Notes under the pieces: generated by a model
Databases searched by the model: none
Seen by the model: the letters and a program-made list of their open reading frames with translations, nothing else
What the model was told of the DNA's origin: nothing
Origin: Chiloscyllium plagiosum
Lineage: Eukaryota
DNA: 64,000 nucleotides
Direction of reading: 5' to 3'
Assembly: GCF_004010195.1 (NCBI RefSeq)
Contig: NC_057718.1
Coordinates: 57,066,264-57,130,263 of the forward strand
In this document: positions 62,992-64,000 of the stretch, in pieces
How the letters are laid out: every line of letters starts with the position of its first letter
Numbering within the stretch: the first letter of the stretch is position 1
Program-made: the position numbers and the translations under genes

Positions 62992-64000
62992 GTTAGGAAT
63001 GGCCAACAAATGGCAGTGATGTCCAAATCCCATTTCTGTCAGCCAATACTTTGTAATTCTCAAGCATATTTTATCAAATATCTCATTTTGGTTTTTAATG
63101 CTTTTTTTCAATAGGGAGTTAATTTAATGTTTTGGATAACATTAGTCATGATCATCTTTCAAAACTAGTCAATTCATTTGAACATTCAGGTGCTAACAGC
63201 ACTTTTCACTTGATAGCCACAGAATTGAACCTTGTTCACTCTTCATAATCCAGATTCAAGGTGCAATAGGGAATAGTATCAGTCAATATTCATCTCCTAT
63301 GGAGCCAAAACAAAGGAAGATGAGAAAATGTCTGGATTTCTATAATCTCCCAAAAGATCGCTACCTCTGCACTTGGATATGTTTTTATGTAATTATTTTA
63401 CTTAATGTTAGCTAGATCTTTTGATACGAGTCACAGCTGTAAAAGACTGATATTTGTATGAAGTCAACTTTTTTCAATACTCCGTTGATTAGACATTGCT
63501 ACCAGTAATGAGTTTTAAGCCTCTATCTTAAACTTAGTTCTGAATGCCTTACAAAGTGTCTGTTGATTATCATTATTTACCTGTAATTGAAAGACTTGGA
63601 TTATCTACCTTATTTGGTGCATTCTGATACATACACTTGAGAGAAACTGAACTGGGTAGACATCCAGCCTTGTGACCTTTCCTAGTTGGACTTCCTGATC
63701 TTTCTGTAGAAGTACAATTTACATCCCTGCCAAATTATCAACAGTTTGGACTGTTGTGCTCAGAGCACTTAGAGGTAATGCATGTATTCCATGTTAATCA
63801 TACCTAAAATATAATTGTAAAACTCTGGTTTTTATAACACATGTAAAGTTTGTAGTCCCAAATGTCAGGCTAAACAGGATATCCTTGAAATGAATTAGTT
63901 GGTAAGACAGCTTTGGCTCAACTGATGTGGCTGTGCCTACAGGGCGAGATTAGAGACAAAGATTTCAAAGAGTAATTTACTAAATATTCCCTTTTCGTAG

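Overview
This is eukaryotic, repeat-dense vertebrate DNA, most likely from a shark or other elasmobranch; that call is inferred from HE1-like V-SINEs, Deu-domain SINEs and abundant CR1 and Penelope families. Only one host gene is supportable: the 5' part of the ciliary gene CFAP36 (CCDC104) on the + strand. It has a promoter with an RFX X-box at 20405-20418 and three coding exons (20497-20590, 20873-20937, 45581-45682); no fourth exon was found in the window. Most of the remainder is nested, decayed transposable elements: CR1, RTE and Rex1/Babar LINEs, Penelope-like elements (PLEs), Gypsy and retroviral remnants, two solo LTRs, a Tigger-like MITE and a Harbinger remnant. Nearly all ORFs in the six-frame track are TE fragments or noise. 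The most notable unannotated structure is two PLE-linked families of minimal hammerhead-ribozyme motifs. One family spreads as ~90-530 bp, often palindromic mini-insertions with mostly 14-16 bp TSDs and an apparent TCCA target bias. The other shows helix covariation across four copies, one of which is an 88-bp TSD-flanked micro-insertion. There is also a decayed endogenous retrovirus whose env-like region may be atypical. Element boundaries without TSDs are approximate, and family names come from motif recognition, not from database searches.
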